From: an uncultured Candidatus Saccharibacteria bacterium
Lineage (GTDB): Bacteria > Patescibacteriota > Minisyncoccia > Phycocordibacterales > Phycocordibacteraceae
Direction of reading: 5' to 3'
NCBI GenBank assembly: GCA_964646315.1
Contig: CAZYDN010000001.1
Span: forward strand, 4,650-60,238
Length of the DNA: 55,589 bases
Within the stretch, counting starts at the first letter, position 1; the number at the start of each line of letters is the position of its first letter. This document shows, one piece after another, positions 1 to 9,680 of the stretch. The translations under genes and the position numbers were made by a program. Below the pieces are notes generated by a model, which saw only the letters and a list, made by a program, of their open reading frames with translations, ran no database searches and had not been told where the DNA came from.

Positions 1-13
1 GTGTAAAGCTAGT

Positions 14-559
14 CTACTTGCTCTTTTTCAAAGCTTCAAGGTCGCGCAGTACTCTCCCCACATCTCGGGTGAGTTGCTCAAGTGTTTCCTCCTGAGTTGC
101 TTTTTTCTTTTCGGCCTTTGGAGTTGATGGAGTTGCTTCTTCGTCATCATCCTCATTGAGTTCTTCCACATCCTCCTGAATCTCATCAATGTCCTCGCTA
201 ATTTCTTCGATATCTTCCTGAATGTCTTCCACGTCTTCACCGAGCTCCTCGAGGTCCTCGCTGATTTCCTCAATGTCTTCTTCCACTTCCTTAAGACTTG
301 CTGTGTGGCGATTCACCGTGATTTGAATAAACAGTGCCAAGTAAATTGCTTCAAGAGACACAATAGTGGTGAGTACCAGAAGCATAAGTTCCCAAGCTAT
401 GAATCCGAGCGCAGCAATCGCAAAAAAGAATACGAATACAATCGTATGAATGAATAGAGAATATACCGAGCCAATAGCGGCTACGATATTCTCAATGGGA
501 GTGGGGGCCAACACTGGCTTTGGTGCTTTTGGCGCTTTGGGTGCTTTGTCGCGGGTCAT
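14..559 (-). CDS. DUF1003-family membrane protein with acidic C-terminal repeats
   Basis: 181-aa ORF with two TM helices followed by SLEAIYLALFIQITVNRH, which resembles the DUF1003 signature. The C-terminus is a run of EEDIEEISEDLEEL-type E/D-rich repeats. Confidence 0.65.
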   Translation of the reverse strand: MTRDKAPKAPKAPKPVLAPTPIENIVAAIGSVYSLFIHTIVFVFFFAIAALGFIAWELMLLVLTTIVSLEAIYLALFIQITVNRHTASLKEVEEDIEEISEDLEELGEDVEDIQEDIEEISEDIDEIQEDVEELNEDDDEEATPSTPKAEKKKATQEETLEQLTRDVGRVLRDLEALKKSK

Positions 560-676
560 GCTCCTCGCACCCTACCACTGGCGGGCTTCGTATGTCCACT
601 TAAGTTATGCACTTTCCACAGCACTGTACGTTCTATGTGCGTTCACAGTAGTCACGCAAAAGGATAGAATATAGAG

Positions 677-1741
677 GTGGCTCAATTCTCCCTTAAGCCG
701 CTTATGCCTCATCCGAGGACGAGCTCAAGACAAAAAACTGCGAGTGGCTCGCAGACTTCTTCTATTGCTACCATTGGCGTAGTGAGTCTTGCTATCGCTG
801 TAGCTCTTTTTTCACTACCCACAGCCATCGCAGTCGACGTTAAATTTTCTCGTAACGAACCCTCCAAGCCCGCCTTCCCCGTAACCGTTGATCCTCGCAG
901 CAAAACCATAACCGAGAATCCAGAAGTAGAAGCCATGCTCGACGAGCATAATTCCACCCTTCAAGCGTCGGCTATTACTGCTGGAGGTCTTATTACGGAG
1001 CTCGCTTCCTTTATTTCTTCGCTTCCTGTGTATCACATGCTTGCAGGAGCTGCGGGCACCGGCATTGTGACTATTCGCCCTGGGTACCGAGAGGAAGAAG
1101 TGGCAAACATGTTTGCACGTGAGCTTGGTTGGAATGCAAATCAAAAGGCCGTCTTCCTTCGACAGCTCAAAGTTGCCGAGCCCATGATGAGTGAGGGTCA
1201 ATTTGTTCCTGGTGCGTATGCGGTAGGTGGGCTTATGGTTCCAGGAGACGTCCAGCTCATGCTCCATGAGCGTTACAACCAAGAAATTCTTGCGAGATAT
1301 AGCACTTCCACAGAGAGGCTCGTACCCGTAGAGGATGCGCTCACTATTGCGTCGATGCTCGAAAAAGAGACGAACGATCCCACCGAAATGCGCCTTATTT
1401 CCGGTATTATCTGGAACCGTTTGTGGATAGGAATGAACCTACAGATTGATGCCACCTTGCAATATGCAAAGGCAAACAGCAGCAAGTCTGTAACTTCGTG
1501 GTGGCCTCCTGTAGTACCTAAGGACAAATACATAAAATCTCCGTACAACACGTACCAGAATAAGGGTCTTCCACCCGGGCCCATTGCAAACCCTTCCACC
1601 GCAGCCGTGCTTGCTGCACTCAATCCAAAGAAGACCGACTGTATCTTTTATTTCCATGACAGCCGTGGCGGATTTCACTGCGCTCCTACCTACAAAGAAC
1701 ACGTCTCAATGCTGAAGCAGTATTACGGCCAGGGTAAGTAA
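677..1741 (+). CDS. mltG: endolytic murein transglycosylase MltG (YceG-like)
   Basis: 354-aa ORF with an N-terminal TM anchor. The C-terminal half has the YceG hallmarks IWNRLWIGMNLQIDATLQYA and YNTYQNKGLPPGPIANP. The start could also be the in-frame ATG at 704. Confidence 0.85.
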   Translation: MAQFSLKPLMPHPRTSSRQKTASGSQTSSIATIGVVSLAIAVALFSLPTAIAVDVKFSRNEPSKPAFPVTVDPRSKTITENPEVEAMLDEHNSTLQASAITAGGLITELASFISSLPVYHMLAGAAGTGIVTIRPGYREEEVANMFARELGWNANQKAVFLRQLKVAEPMMSEGQFVPGAYAVGGLMVPGDVQLMLHERYNQEILARYSTSTERLVPVEDALTIASMLEKETNDPTEMRLISGIIWNRLWIGMNLQIDATLQYAKANSSKSVTSWWPPVVPKDKYIKSPYNTYQNKGLPPGPIANPSTAAVLAALNPKKTDCIFYFHDSRGGFHCAPTYKEHVSMLKQYYGQGK

Positions 1742-1805
1742 ATTTGCGCTAATCTTCCGAATTCCCTATAGTGCAAAAAGCAATTTGTTCTATAAGGAGA
1801 GACGG

Positions 1806-2180
1806 ATGACCGAGCAAGATTCGGAAACTGACACGAAACCTGAAAATCGCATGGCTCAGGAGATGTGTAAGCATCTCGATTCCATGGCGCGATTCACTCA
1901 CCGGTTCGTGACCACTAAAGCTGTGGCCGACTTCCACAGCTTCATGGGTGTCATGGACACCCTTCGGGTTCTGGGACTCACTCCCGAGGAAATCGCCACT
2001 GAGCTTAAAACCACTCCGGCCCGGGTGAGTGGCTGGTCGATGGGTAGGAATCTTCCGCATTCATCAGACTTGCAGTCTACGGCGGAAAGCGCATTTGCTC
2101 TCCTGGAGCGAACCGGGATTCTGTTCATGGGTGCGCGGTATCCTGTACCCAAGGGACTGAAGCTCACTTCGGTTGCGTAA
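1806..2180 (+). CDS. hypothetical protein, possible HTH
   Basis: ATG at 1806 is preceded by AAGGAGA. The ORF is followed by a hairpin terminator. The segment EIATELKTTPARVSGWSMGRNLP looks Xre-like. Confidence 0.45.
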   Translation: MTEQDSETDTKPENRMAQEMCKHLDSMARFTHRFVTTKAVADFHSFMGVMDTLRVLGLTPEEIATELKTTPARVSGWSMGRNLPHSSDLQSTAESAFALLERTGILFMGARYPVPKGLKLTSVA

Positions 2181-2203
2181 CCGGACTCACCGTACTTTTT
2201 ACC

Positions 2204-2231
2204 GACCCCTCGCATACATGTGCGAGGGGTC
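2204..2231 (+). terminator. rho-independent terminator
   Basis: Stem GACCCCTCGCA / TGCGAGGGGTC with a 6-nt loop, followed by TGAATTTTT. Confidence 0.6.
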
Positions 2232-2300
2232 TGAATTTTTCTTGAAGTCTTCATACTTGTGTGCGATATTCAGGAGGTTCAACTTTGAGGGAGATCTTTT

Positions 2301-2444
2301 ATGTCGATTGCACGAGTTCAGCGTCCCTGCGGGAACCCGACGCCCAAGGCGAAGGATAAGAGGACGCCCGGCCAACGCATGGCTGCGGAACGGAAGGCTG
2401 CGCGCCGAACGGCCGCCACCGCCACCGCCAACTCCGGCACCTAG
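2301..2444 (+). CDS. small basic hypothetical protein (47 aa)
   Basis: ATG is preceded by GAGGGAG at good spacing. It sits in a GC-rich patch, and the hairpin GGGCGGCACC-TCAC-GGTGCCGCCC (2479-2502) lies downstream. It is not in the ORF track because it is under 60 aa. Confidence 0.3.
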   Translation: MSIARVQRPCGNPTPKAKDKRTPGQRMAAERKAARRTAATATANSGT

Positions 2445-2532
2445 AACTACCGCTTCTGCAGTAGGACACAGTAACGACGGGCGGCACCTCACGGTGCCGC
2501 CCGAACTATTTCCCCACCAATAGCTACCCTTC

Positions 2533-2937
2533 TTACATCTTGAAAACCTTCGTCGCTATCCAGTATGTAGCTACAGACACCACTGCGGTGAGGATAGTTC
2601 CCCATACAATATCAACAACGGTAATAAGCAGGGACCAGTCACGCGTGGTCGCAAGATTCGTAAGGTCGTACGTCATGTACAAAGAGAATCCGAAAAGCGC
2701 GCCAAGCACGAGAGACTTTTGAAGCGAGCGAGCCTTAAGCGCTGGCTCGAGCACAAAGATAATGAGTCCAATAATAAAGAAGACGTAGAACGCAATGGCT
2801 GCCGGCCAGTTTACCGACTCAGCCAGGAGCGAGCCAAGCATTGAGCGGTAAAACTCCATCGCAAATCCTCCAATCCAGATAATATCGAGCACAAACACTA
2901 TAGGCAGTGCTGTAAAGAATAGTTTTACGTAACGCAT
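2533..2937 (-). CDS. DUF2177-family membrane protein
   Basis: Start taken at MRYVKLFF. Four TM helices and an overall resemblance to DUF2177. It abuts the stop of the tspO-like gene, so an operon is likely. Confidence 0.65.
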   Translation of the reverse strand: MRYVKLFFTALPIVFVLDIIWIGGFAMEFYRSMLGSLLAESVNWPAAIAFYVFFIIGLIIFVLEPALKARSLQKSLVLGALFGFSLYMTYDLTNLATTRDWSLLITVVDIVWGTILTAVVSVATYWIATKVFKM

Positions 2938-2947
2938 GGATACAAGA

Positions 2948-3421
2948 TTATGGGTTAAGAAGCACGATGCCCAGATTGAGCGTAGAGGCATAGGTCACCC
3001 ACACCAAATATGGAGTGAGCAGATACGTAGCAGTCCTTGAGTAGCGCCAGAACCAGAGCATCATGAACGCAATCATTACCCACATGACACCAATAACCGC
3101 GAGCGCGAGCTTCGGGTCCTGCTGACCGAAAAATGCGATTGACCAATACGCATTTATAAATAGGTGGGCAAAGAAAAATACCACAGGGCGCCAGGCACCC
3201 GGCTTCCCTGAAGTCCACACGAGTGCGGCCGCTGTTCCCATAAGTATGTAGAGCAAAGTCCACACCGGCATGAACACCCAATTCGGAGGATTCCATCCTG
3301 GCTTTACGAGAGTTGAATACCAGCCGGTAATACTGTCTACCGTGGGCACAGAGCCCAGAAACCCTGCAAGGAGTGATGCACCGATGCACAGCGCGAATAG
3401 TCCGATAGTGCGAATAGTCAT
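2948..3421 (-). CDS. tspO: TspO/MBR tryptophan-rich sensory protein
   Basis: GWYSTLVKPGWNPPNWVFMPVWTLLYILMG and five TM helices. Start taken at MTIRTIGLF (3421). Confidence 0.8.
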   Translation of the reverse strand: MTIRTIGLFALCIGASLLAGFLGSVPTVDSITGWYSTLVKPGWNPPNWVFMPVWTLLYILMGTAAALVWTSGKPGAWRPVVFFFAHLFINAYWSIAFFGQQDPKLALAVIGVMWVMIAFMMLWFWRYSRTATYLLTPYLVWVTYASTLNLGIVLLNP

Positions 3422-3553
3422 GCTTTTAACAGTAGCATGTGGGTGAATGAGGTATTTGTGAAAGGTGTGAAGCGCACACCAAAAGAAACAGCGGGGAGTA
3501 CCCTTAGCTGAAGGATAATTGGTGACTGCCACCATTTTCTCACCGCGATTGCA

Positions 3554-4561
3554 CTATCCTTTAAGAGCCTCGTACACCTTATCTTTAACTGTCCTGACAT
3601 ACATATCTGCACTCTTAGATATTTCTGAAGAGTATTCTTCCATGCTCATACCTTCGGGAGGAGCGTAATAGCTGTTAGCGTCAGGTATATTGCTCTCACT
3701 CTTTGATTTAACATGGAGGGGTAAGGTTTCTCCCTGCCAGTCCTGAGCATAAAGTCGCGTAGCAAAACGTGAAAAAAGCTCTTGTATTGGGTTATCGTAG
3801 ACAACAATCCGACCCTCTTCCACAAGTGCATTTACTTTCTCAAAGTGCTCTTTCTCTGAGATATCGTGATGTAGACCTTTTACCCCAAGTCCCTGTTCCG
3901 TATTCGGGTCTTTACTTAAAGCAAAATAGTATGCGTCAGCATCTACCTTATTTGCCGCTTCTTGCAGAGCTATTGCACCTTTCCCCGTTGAGAATGTTTC
4001 ATCTACAAAGAACACTTTCTTACCTTTGATTTGTTCAAAATCCTTCTCGATTACATCATCAGCATCTTCTCCCTGTAAGTATAGACCTTTAAGTTCTTGA
4101 TCGTTGTAAAAACGTATAGGCGGAGCTTCCTTCCCCATCGTCTCTGATAGATATTTCAAGAAAGGTGTTCCGAAGATACGCGCACTAAGATCCAAAAAGA
4201 CCACCAAATCTGGCCGTTCTTCTTTTATGCGATTGGCGAGGTTTTGCAAGGAATCCTTTATCATCTCTATCTGTTCAAGGGCCGACTTAAGTTCCTCATC
4301 TCGTATTGCTTGAACTTGTTCTAAAGGAATAGCCGGTATTCCCTTTTTATTCAATAAATCTCGACGGAGTGTCTTTATATCTGGAATTTGGTCAGGCTCA
4401 TTCTTCGGTACATTTTGCTGAGACAAGGCTTGAATCATATCAACCTGCTCCTCTATCCCAGACATAAGTACTTCTTTCTCAGGCTCAGCACTTTCAGCTT
4501 GCTCCAGAACCCTTTTTCTTAAGGCATTTAAATCCGGAAGTTGCGGAGGTTTTTCAGACAT
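3554..4561 (-). CDS. hypothetical protein with phosphoribosyltransferase-like domain
   Basis: 335-aa ORF. KKVFFVDETFSTGKGA resembles a PRPP-binding loop. The N-terminus is coiled-coil-like. Confidence 0.55.
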   Translation of the reverse strand: MSEKPPQLPDLNALRKRVLEQAESAEPEKEVLMSGIEEQVDMIQALSQQNVPKNEPDQIPDIKTLRRDLLNKKGIPAIPLEQVQAIRDEELKSALEQIEMIKDSLQNLANRIKEERPDLVVFLDLSARIFGTPFLKYLSETMGKEAPPIRFYNDQELKGLYLQGEDADDVIEKDFEQIKGKKVFFVDETFSTGKGAIALQEAANKVDADAYYFALSKDPNTEQGLGVKGLHHDISEKEHFEKVNALVEEGRIVVYDNPIQELFSRFATRLYAQDWQGETLPLHVKSKSESNIPDANSYYAPPEGMSMEEYSSEISKSADMYVRTVKDKVYEALKG

Positions 4562-4683
4562 TTAATAATTCTAACCCAGTTTTGAGCGTTGGAGTGTGTC
4601 ATGTTCAGCATACAAGGCTCCTGAACCCTTTTACTTGACCCCTTTTACTCATATACGAATGCTGGCACGTAGTGGGTTCGTCT

Positions 4684-4720
4684 AATGAAATGCGCCCGCA
4701 AGAAGCGGGCGCATTTCATT
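4684..4720 (-). terminator. rho-independent-type hairpin downstream of the giant surface protein gene
   Basis: Perfect 16-bp stem AATGAAATGCGCCCGC / GCGGGCGCATTTCATT with a 5-nt loop, 15 nt beyond the stop at 4735. Confidence 0.7.
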
Positions 4721-4734
4721 AACGGAGACGCGCT

Positions 4735-7700
4735 CTAGTTCCCTGTAATCTGCTTAAGTTTGTCCTGAAGCACCTTGAGCTGAGCAAAAAGGCTTGTCAG
4801 CTGCTGCGCAGAAGTTAGAGCTGGTGTTCCCTCTAGATTCAGAGCTGCAAGCGTAAGCGGACCAACGTATCCCGTTGCAGGAATGCCGTGTGCTGCCTGG
4901 TACAACTTCACCGCTGCAATAGTCATGGGACCATAGAATCCAGTTGGAGCCGTAATCTTTAGGAATCCACCTGTGATGAGAATGCTCTGAAGCTCTGTTA
5001 CGTCTCCCCCTGTTGAGCCAACAGTGATGTCGTCAGAGAAGCTGTAGAGAGACGCACCAAGCACGCGTCCCTGCGGAACTGCGGGTATCGCTGGTGATAC
5101 TCCAGGAACTGCAGGTGTCGCCGGAGTTGCTCTGTTGCTACCTCCTCCACCACTGCTTCGTCGAGCCACTACCTCCACAGTACGAGTCACCTGGATAGCG
5201 GCATTGCTTGAAGAGTCACTCACATTGTAGGTAACGGTGTAGGTCCCCGCCGTATTTGTGTCTACTGGGTTAACGGTCACGATACTTCCCGATAACACTC
5301 CATCCACATCGTCAGTAGCTGTCGCTCCTGCATCCGTGTATGTACTTCCTAAGAAGACCGTCTCTGTCGCGCTTCCAGTCAAGGAGATAACAGGGATAGT
5401 ATTATCAATGACGGTGAAACTCTGACCCACTGATGTGGCTGCATTCCAGTTGGTGTCGCCCACCTGAGTTGCGGTAATACTACAGAGTCCCTTGGTAGTG
5501 AGATGCACACTGTTACCCGTTACCGTACATGCTCCCATTGCTGTGAATGCTACTGATAGTAGTGAGTCAGAACTTGCCGTGACAGTGAAGTCAGCACTAC
5601 CGAAGTTCTTGTTTGTTAATGAACCGAATGTGATGACTTGGTTGGCTTTGTTAATAGTGAGCGTTCCTGTTGCGTACACGAAACTGTAGTTATCGCTTAT
5701 TCCACCAGCCGGGGTGATGTCCCAGAGACCTGCATTTGAACCGGTCACTGCGAGCGTTGAGGCTGTTGGCTGCGTGTCTAGATCATTCTCGTCGTCTCCG
5801 TTCTGGAATGCACCGTACGAGACTGTCAGAGCAGGATTCGCAGCCCCATACGTCTTACTCTTGTTGTCTGCAGTGACCGTGAGTGAGGCAGGTGTAATGC
5901 TCAGGTTCGCAGAGGTGAGAGCAATAGTGTCGTAGTTACTGCCTGCACTGAGTGTGCCTACATTCATGGCGTAGGTCCCTACATTCTCTCCAGCGACGCG
6001 TCCAAGTGCCCCAGAGAAAGAGTCTCCGCTTACAATGTCAGAGGTGTAGCTGAATGCTGAATCAGCCGCTCCATACACCTTGGTGTTTGCTGTCGCTGTT
6101 ACGTTGAGAGGCCGTGCAGTTACGTCTGCGACTCCTGTAGCTGTAGCCGCTACGCTGTAGTTGCCCGCGTCAGCGCCTCCAAGCGCAACTCCAACTGTGG
6201 TCACCGTCTTTCCGCTCCCTACATTCTGAGTGTCGAAGGTGGCTCCGGTGTGGCTAGCAGTTACTGCGTCCCCGAAAAGAAGACCGTTTGGAGTGAGCGT
6301 TGCGGCTGCTGTAGTGTTTCTATCGTACACCTTGTTGCTCGCGTTTACCGTTACCGTTATTGGACGCTTTGTGATTGAGAGGTTTCCGTTTACGTGCGTA
6401 ATTAAGTAGTTGCCGCTAGTTGCTCCGAAAGCCGTAATCGGATGATTATTTACGTCAGTCTGACTGTTTGCAACAATTACCAGTGTTACATCGGTATCGA
6501 GGTCGGTTTCGTCCTCGCCGTCTACAAATCCTGAGTACGTTGCTGCAGCTACTGGATTCGCATCACCATATACCTTGGTCTTGTCGACTGCGGTGATGGT
6601 AAGCGCCTTCTTGGTGATAGTTCCCACGTTTGCAGGAACATATATCACGCTGTAGTTGTCTCCATCGTTACCATCGTTCACCACATCAGTATCTGTAGGA
6701 CTCATTGCAATAGCAGTGCCTACGTCTACAGCGTCATAGGTCTGAGTGAACGTGGCAGTGTCTCCTGCAGCAAGCCCAAGCATGGAAGTAACAGCTGCGT
6801 TCACTACTGAAGTATCAATTCCATCATAGACCTTGCTATTTGCTTGAGCGGTTACAGTAATGGGACGAGCCGTAATACTTGCCGTGGTGCTGTCTGAGTC
6901 GGTTAATGAGTAGTTCGCAGACACTGCATCTGGCACAAGATTGAGTTCAGTTACTGACACTGTCTTTCCCACGCCAACATGTTCGGTATCGAATACTGCG
7001 GTACCCCCATTGATAGTAACGACCTCACCAAGAACAAGACCGGTGGCAACCCGTGCAGTAATCGTTCCAGTAGTCGTGTTGTCGTAGACCTTGTCGGACA
7101 CCGTCACTTCAGCAGTAAGGGGTGCTTTCTCAATCTCGGCTGTAGTAGTTGCTGCAGTCGTGGTGAGATAATAGTTACCTTCCTGTGCACCACCAAGAGT
7201 GATGCCAGTTACGTTTACCAGCTTACCTACACCAACGTCTTTAGTGTCGAAGTTCGCCGCCCCAACCGATGCAGTCACTGTGTCTCCAGAGATAGGAGTA
7301 ACTGAAGCAGTCGCTTCTGCTGAGGCATCTCCGTTGTAGACCTTGTCGTCAGCATTAGCCGTCGGCGTAAGAGGGGCTCTTGTAATACTGCCACTTGAAG
7401 CATTGTACGTAATGGCGTAGTTAGGGTTTGCTGGATTCCCGTTGATTGTGACGAGTGGATTGATAACGATACCGTTATCAACGTTCACTGACGCATAGGT
7501 CTGCGAGTAGACCGCCACGTCTCCAGAAGCAATTGTTCCCGCAAAAAGCGTTGGCAATTCTGGCGAGGTGTTGGTACGGTCATAGACCTTGCCCGCCGTG
7601 GTTGCGTTTACCGTAATGGCTCGTGGAGCAATAGTAAATGACTGAACTACATTAGTAGCAGGAGCGTAGGTGCTATCCCCGCTCTGTGAAGCAGTAATGG

Positions 7701-8880
7701 TGCAGGAACCAGCACCAGAGAAACTAACGGTGATTCCTGTCACAGAACAGTCTCCAGTTACACCAAGAGTGACCGTGAGACCAGAGCTTGCGGTTGGAGC
7801 CAGGATTATTGACGTTGCATCACCATACGTCTGGTCTGCAGGGTCAGCAAAAGTTATGGCCTGAGGTTGTCTTGAGTTCGTCTCAACCAAGTAGTACTGA
7901 TACTGTGCACCTTTAATAACTCTGGTGAATGCTTCGTGATTGATAATCTCTGTACCTGTAGTTCCGTCTTCCCAAAGAGTTGGGAGTCCGTAGGCTTCTG
8001 AGGTATTTGTGAATGTAGCTGCCCCAACATTAAGAGACGGGCTCGCTCCCGAAGTCTCTACACCGCCAAATCCATTGCTCGACACATTAATTGCGCCGGT
8101 CAGTGTAACCGTTGAATTGTTAACCAATATACCTCCGTTGCCCCGGGTAGCAGTTACATTGTTAAGCGTAGCGGTGGTGTTAAAGACCTGAATTGCATAG
8201 GTTCCAACCCACGCTGCTGGCGTAGCCAATCCAGCATTCACGACTAGGTTGTTCACTGTTGCTGCAGCGACAATCGCCACACCGTCGTCATAGGGCACTG
8301 CTGTTTCGAGTCCCGTGAACGACAATGAGTGACCACCACCATTAATGGTGACTGCACGCTCTACTGCCACCGTTTGAGTGATGCCTGCGACGTTCGCAGT
8401 AATATTGATTGTCGTCTTTATGGGGTCTAGCAGGGCTGCGCGTAGCTCACTTTCGGTAGCCACATTTGCTACTGCAGGGTCTGTGACCGTAATGACTACA
8501 GAGTCGGTGACAGTGACAGGACCGTCACCTGTGACGGAAACCGTAAGCGTATGGATTCCAATATCGCCAATTGTAGGAGTCCAAGAAAAACTTCCAGTCG
8601 AGGAATTAATACTTGCAGGAATAACTGTGCTGCCGCCGAATGAATCAGTTACAGAAAATACAGGTGTTGTGACGTTTGCTGTGGACGCCGTAAAGGAGAC
8701 AGAGGTACCAGCATCAACAGACGTGCCTGGGCTAACTGCACCTATTGAGACTGAAGAAGGGTCAACAGCAAGCGCTCCTGAAGGCAACATTAGTCCGCCA
8801 GCAAGAGCGATGATACTAATAAATGTCGCAACAGATGGAGATACCTGCTTTGCGGCGCGTCGGATAAGTGAAGTAAACAT
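4735..8880 (-). CDS. giant secreted surface protein: Ig-like/MBG (YGX-type) repeats plus C-terminal peptidoglycan-binding domain
   Basis: Start taken at MFTSLIRRAAKQ, which has a signal-peptide-like N-terminus. There are at least 8 repeats with K(V/T)Y(D/G)xxxT cores (MBG-like), a DUF5011/HYR-like Ig segment (TYTDAGATATDDVDG), and a C-terminal PG_binding_1-like segment (GGDVTELQSIL...YQAAHGIPATGYVGPLT). Confidence 0.8.
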   Translation of the reverse strand: MFTSLIRRAAKQVSPSVATFISIIALAGGLMLPSGALAVDPSSVSIGAVSPGTSVDAGTSVSFTASTANVTTPVFSVTDSFGGSTVIPASINSSTGSFSWTPTIGDIGIHTLTVSVTGDGPVTVTDSVVITVTDPAVANVATESELRAALLDPIKTTINITANVAGITQTVAVERAVTINGGGHSLSFTGLETAVPYDDGVAIVAAATVNNLVVNAGLATPAAWVGTYAIQVFNTTATLNNVTATRGNGGILVNNSTVTLTGAINVSSNGFGGVETSGASPSLNVGAATFTNTSEAYGLPTLWEDGTTGTEIINHEAFTRVIKGAQYQYYLVETNSRQPQAITFADPADQTYGDATSIILAPTASSGLTVTLGVTGDCSVTGITVSFSGAGSCTITASQSGDSTYAPATNVVQSFTIAPRAITVNATTAGKVYDRTNTSPELPTLFAGTIASGDVAVYSQTYASVNVDNGIVINPLVTINGNPANPNYAITYNASSGSITRAPLTPTANADDKVYNGDASAEATASVTPISGDTVTASVGAANFDTKDVGVGKLVNVTGITLGGAQEGNYYLTTTAATTTAEIEKAPLTAEVTVSDKVYDNTTTGTITARVATGLVLGEVVTINGGTAVFDTEHVGVGKTVSVTELNLVPDAVSANYSLTDSDSTTASITARPITVTAQANSKVYDGIDTSVVNAAVTSMLGLAAGDTATFTQTYDAVDVGTAIAMSPTDTDVVNDGNDGDNYSVIYVPANVGTITKKALTITAVDKTKVYGDANPVAAATYSGFVDGEDETDLDTDVTLVIVANSQTDVNNHPITAFGATSGNYLITHVNGNLSITKRPITVTVNASNKVYDRNTTAAATLTPNGLLFGDAVTASHTGATFDTQNVGSGKTVTTVGVALGGADAGNYSVAATATGVADVTARPLNVTATANTKVYGAADSAFSYTSDIVSGDSFSGALGRVAGENVGTYAMNVGTLSAGSNYDTIALTSANLSITPASLTVTADNKSKTYGAANPALTVSYGAFQNGDDENDLDTQPTASTLAVTGSNAGLWDITPAGGISDNYSFVYATGTLTINKANQVITFGSLTNKNFGSADFTVTASSDSLLSVAFTAMGACTVTGNSVHLTTKGLCSITATQVGDTNWNAATSVGQSFTVIDNTIPVISLTGSATETVFLGSTYTDAGATATDDVDGVLSGSIVTVNPVDTNTAGTYTVTYNVSDSSSNAAIQVTRTVEVVARRSSGGGGSNRATPATPAVPGVSPAIPAVPQGRVLGASLYSFSDDITVGSTGGDVTELQSILITGGFLKITAPTGFYGPMTIAAVKLYQAAHGIPATGYVGPLTLAALNLEGTPALTSAQQLTSLFAQLKVLQDKLKQITGN

Positions 8881-9051
8881 ACGCAACAGTAATATGTGAG
8901 TAGTAAGTGCCCGCCTTACGTGGCATAGCCCCCCAAGGCCAACTAACAATTTAAGTGTGTTCTCATTACCTCTCTTGTCAAGGTGGTTGCCTGCCCCAAT
9001 ATTAAGTGTTGTAACTCAGTAAGGGAAATGGGGTCAGTCACCATTTCTGAG

Positions 9052-9157
9052 TTATCTTTTGAGGGCCTCGTACACCTTTTCTTTAACTGTCCTGACATAC
9101 ATATCTGCACTCTTAGATATTTCTGAAGAATATTCTTCCATGGTCATGCCTTCGGGA
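9052..9157 (-). pseudogene. 3'-terminal remnant of a paralogue of the 3554..4561 gene
   Basis: About 103 nt align to 3554-3659 with 7 mismatches that I count. It would encode ...PEGMTMEEYSSEISKSADMYVRTVKEKVYEALKR*. Homology stops abruptly at about 9157. Confidence 0.65.
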
Positions 9158-9240
9158 CAAGCGATTGATCTGGATGTAAGCTATGCAGTATTGAAATGCG
9201 TCATGTTCATCACAGCAACTCGTCTAAAAGGATTAACAAT

Positions 9241-9672
9241 ATGAAATCAGCGACGGCCATTTGCAAGGGCGGGAAGATTTACCTGCAAGGGTACTCCGAA
9301 ACCACTGTCGGTATTTGGGTCTCTACTGGGCCGGTTTTCGTCAGTGACGCTTCTGATTCGGAAGGGGCTCGTACATCTATCCTAAGTGCGCTGGAACATT
9401 CTTCTCGAGGCGTGCCACATCCACTCCAATCGGAATGGAAAGGAGTACAAGCACCCATGCTCAATGCTGTGGGTGCGAGATCATGGAAGGGGCTTGCAAA
9501 GGATGCCTTTGCAGTAGGTATTGAGGAAGTTGAAGGCACAATTACATTTACCCCTGGCGCAGACTACGAAGATTATGGCGGTCGAGATCTTCCAGAATTG
9601 GCGGTTACAAGTAATTTGTCGGATGACAACCTGGGAGACGCTCTTCTTCGTGCCTTCGAGGCTTGCAGATAG
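9241..9672 (+). CDS. hypothetical protein (143 aa)
   Basis: ATG at 9241 is preceded by AAGGA. I recognise no family with confidence. Confidence 0.5.
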   Translation: MKSATAICKGGKIYLQGYSETTVGIWVSTGPVFVSDASDSEGARTSILSALEHSSRGVPHPLQSEWKGVQAPMLNAVGARSWKGLAKDAFAVGIEEVEGTITFTPGADYEDYGGRDLPELAVTSNLSDDNLGDALLRAFEACR

Positions 9673-9680
9673 ATTGTGAT

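Noticed and set aside
2173-2523. 116-aa, 97-aa and 62-aa ORFs in the GC-rich patch
   Set aside because: Their translations are Arg/Pro-rich and low in complexity, and they cross the terminator at 2204-2231. Only the 47-aa ORF with a good RBS is kept, at low confidence.
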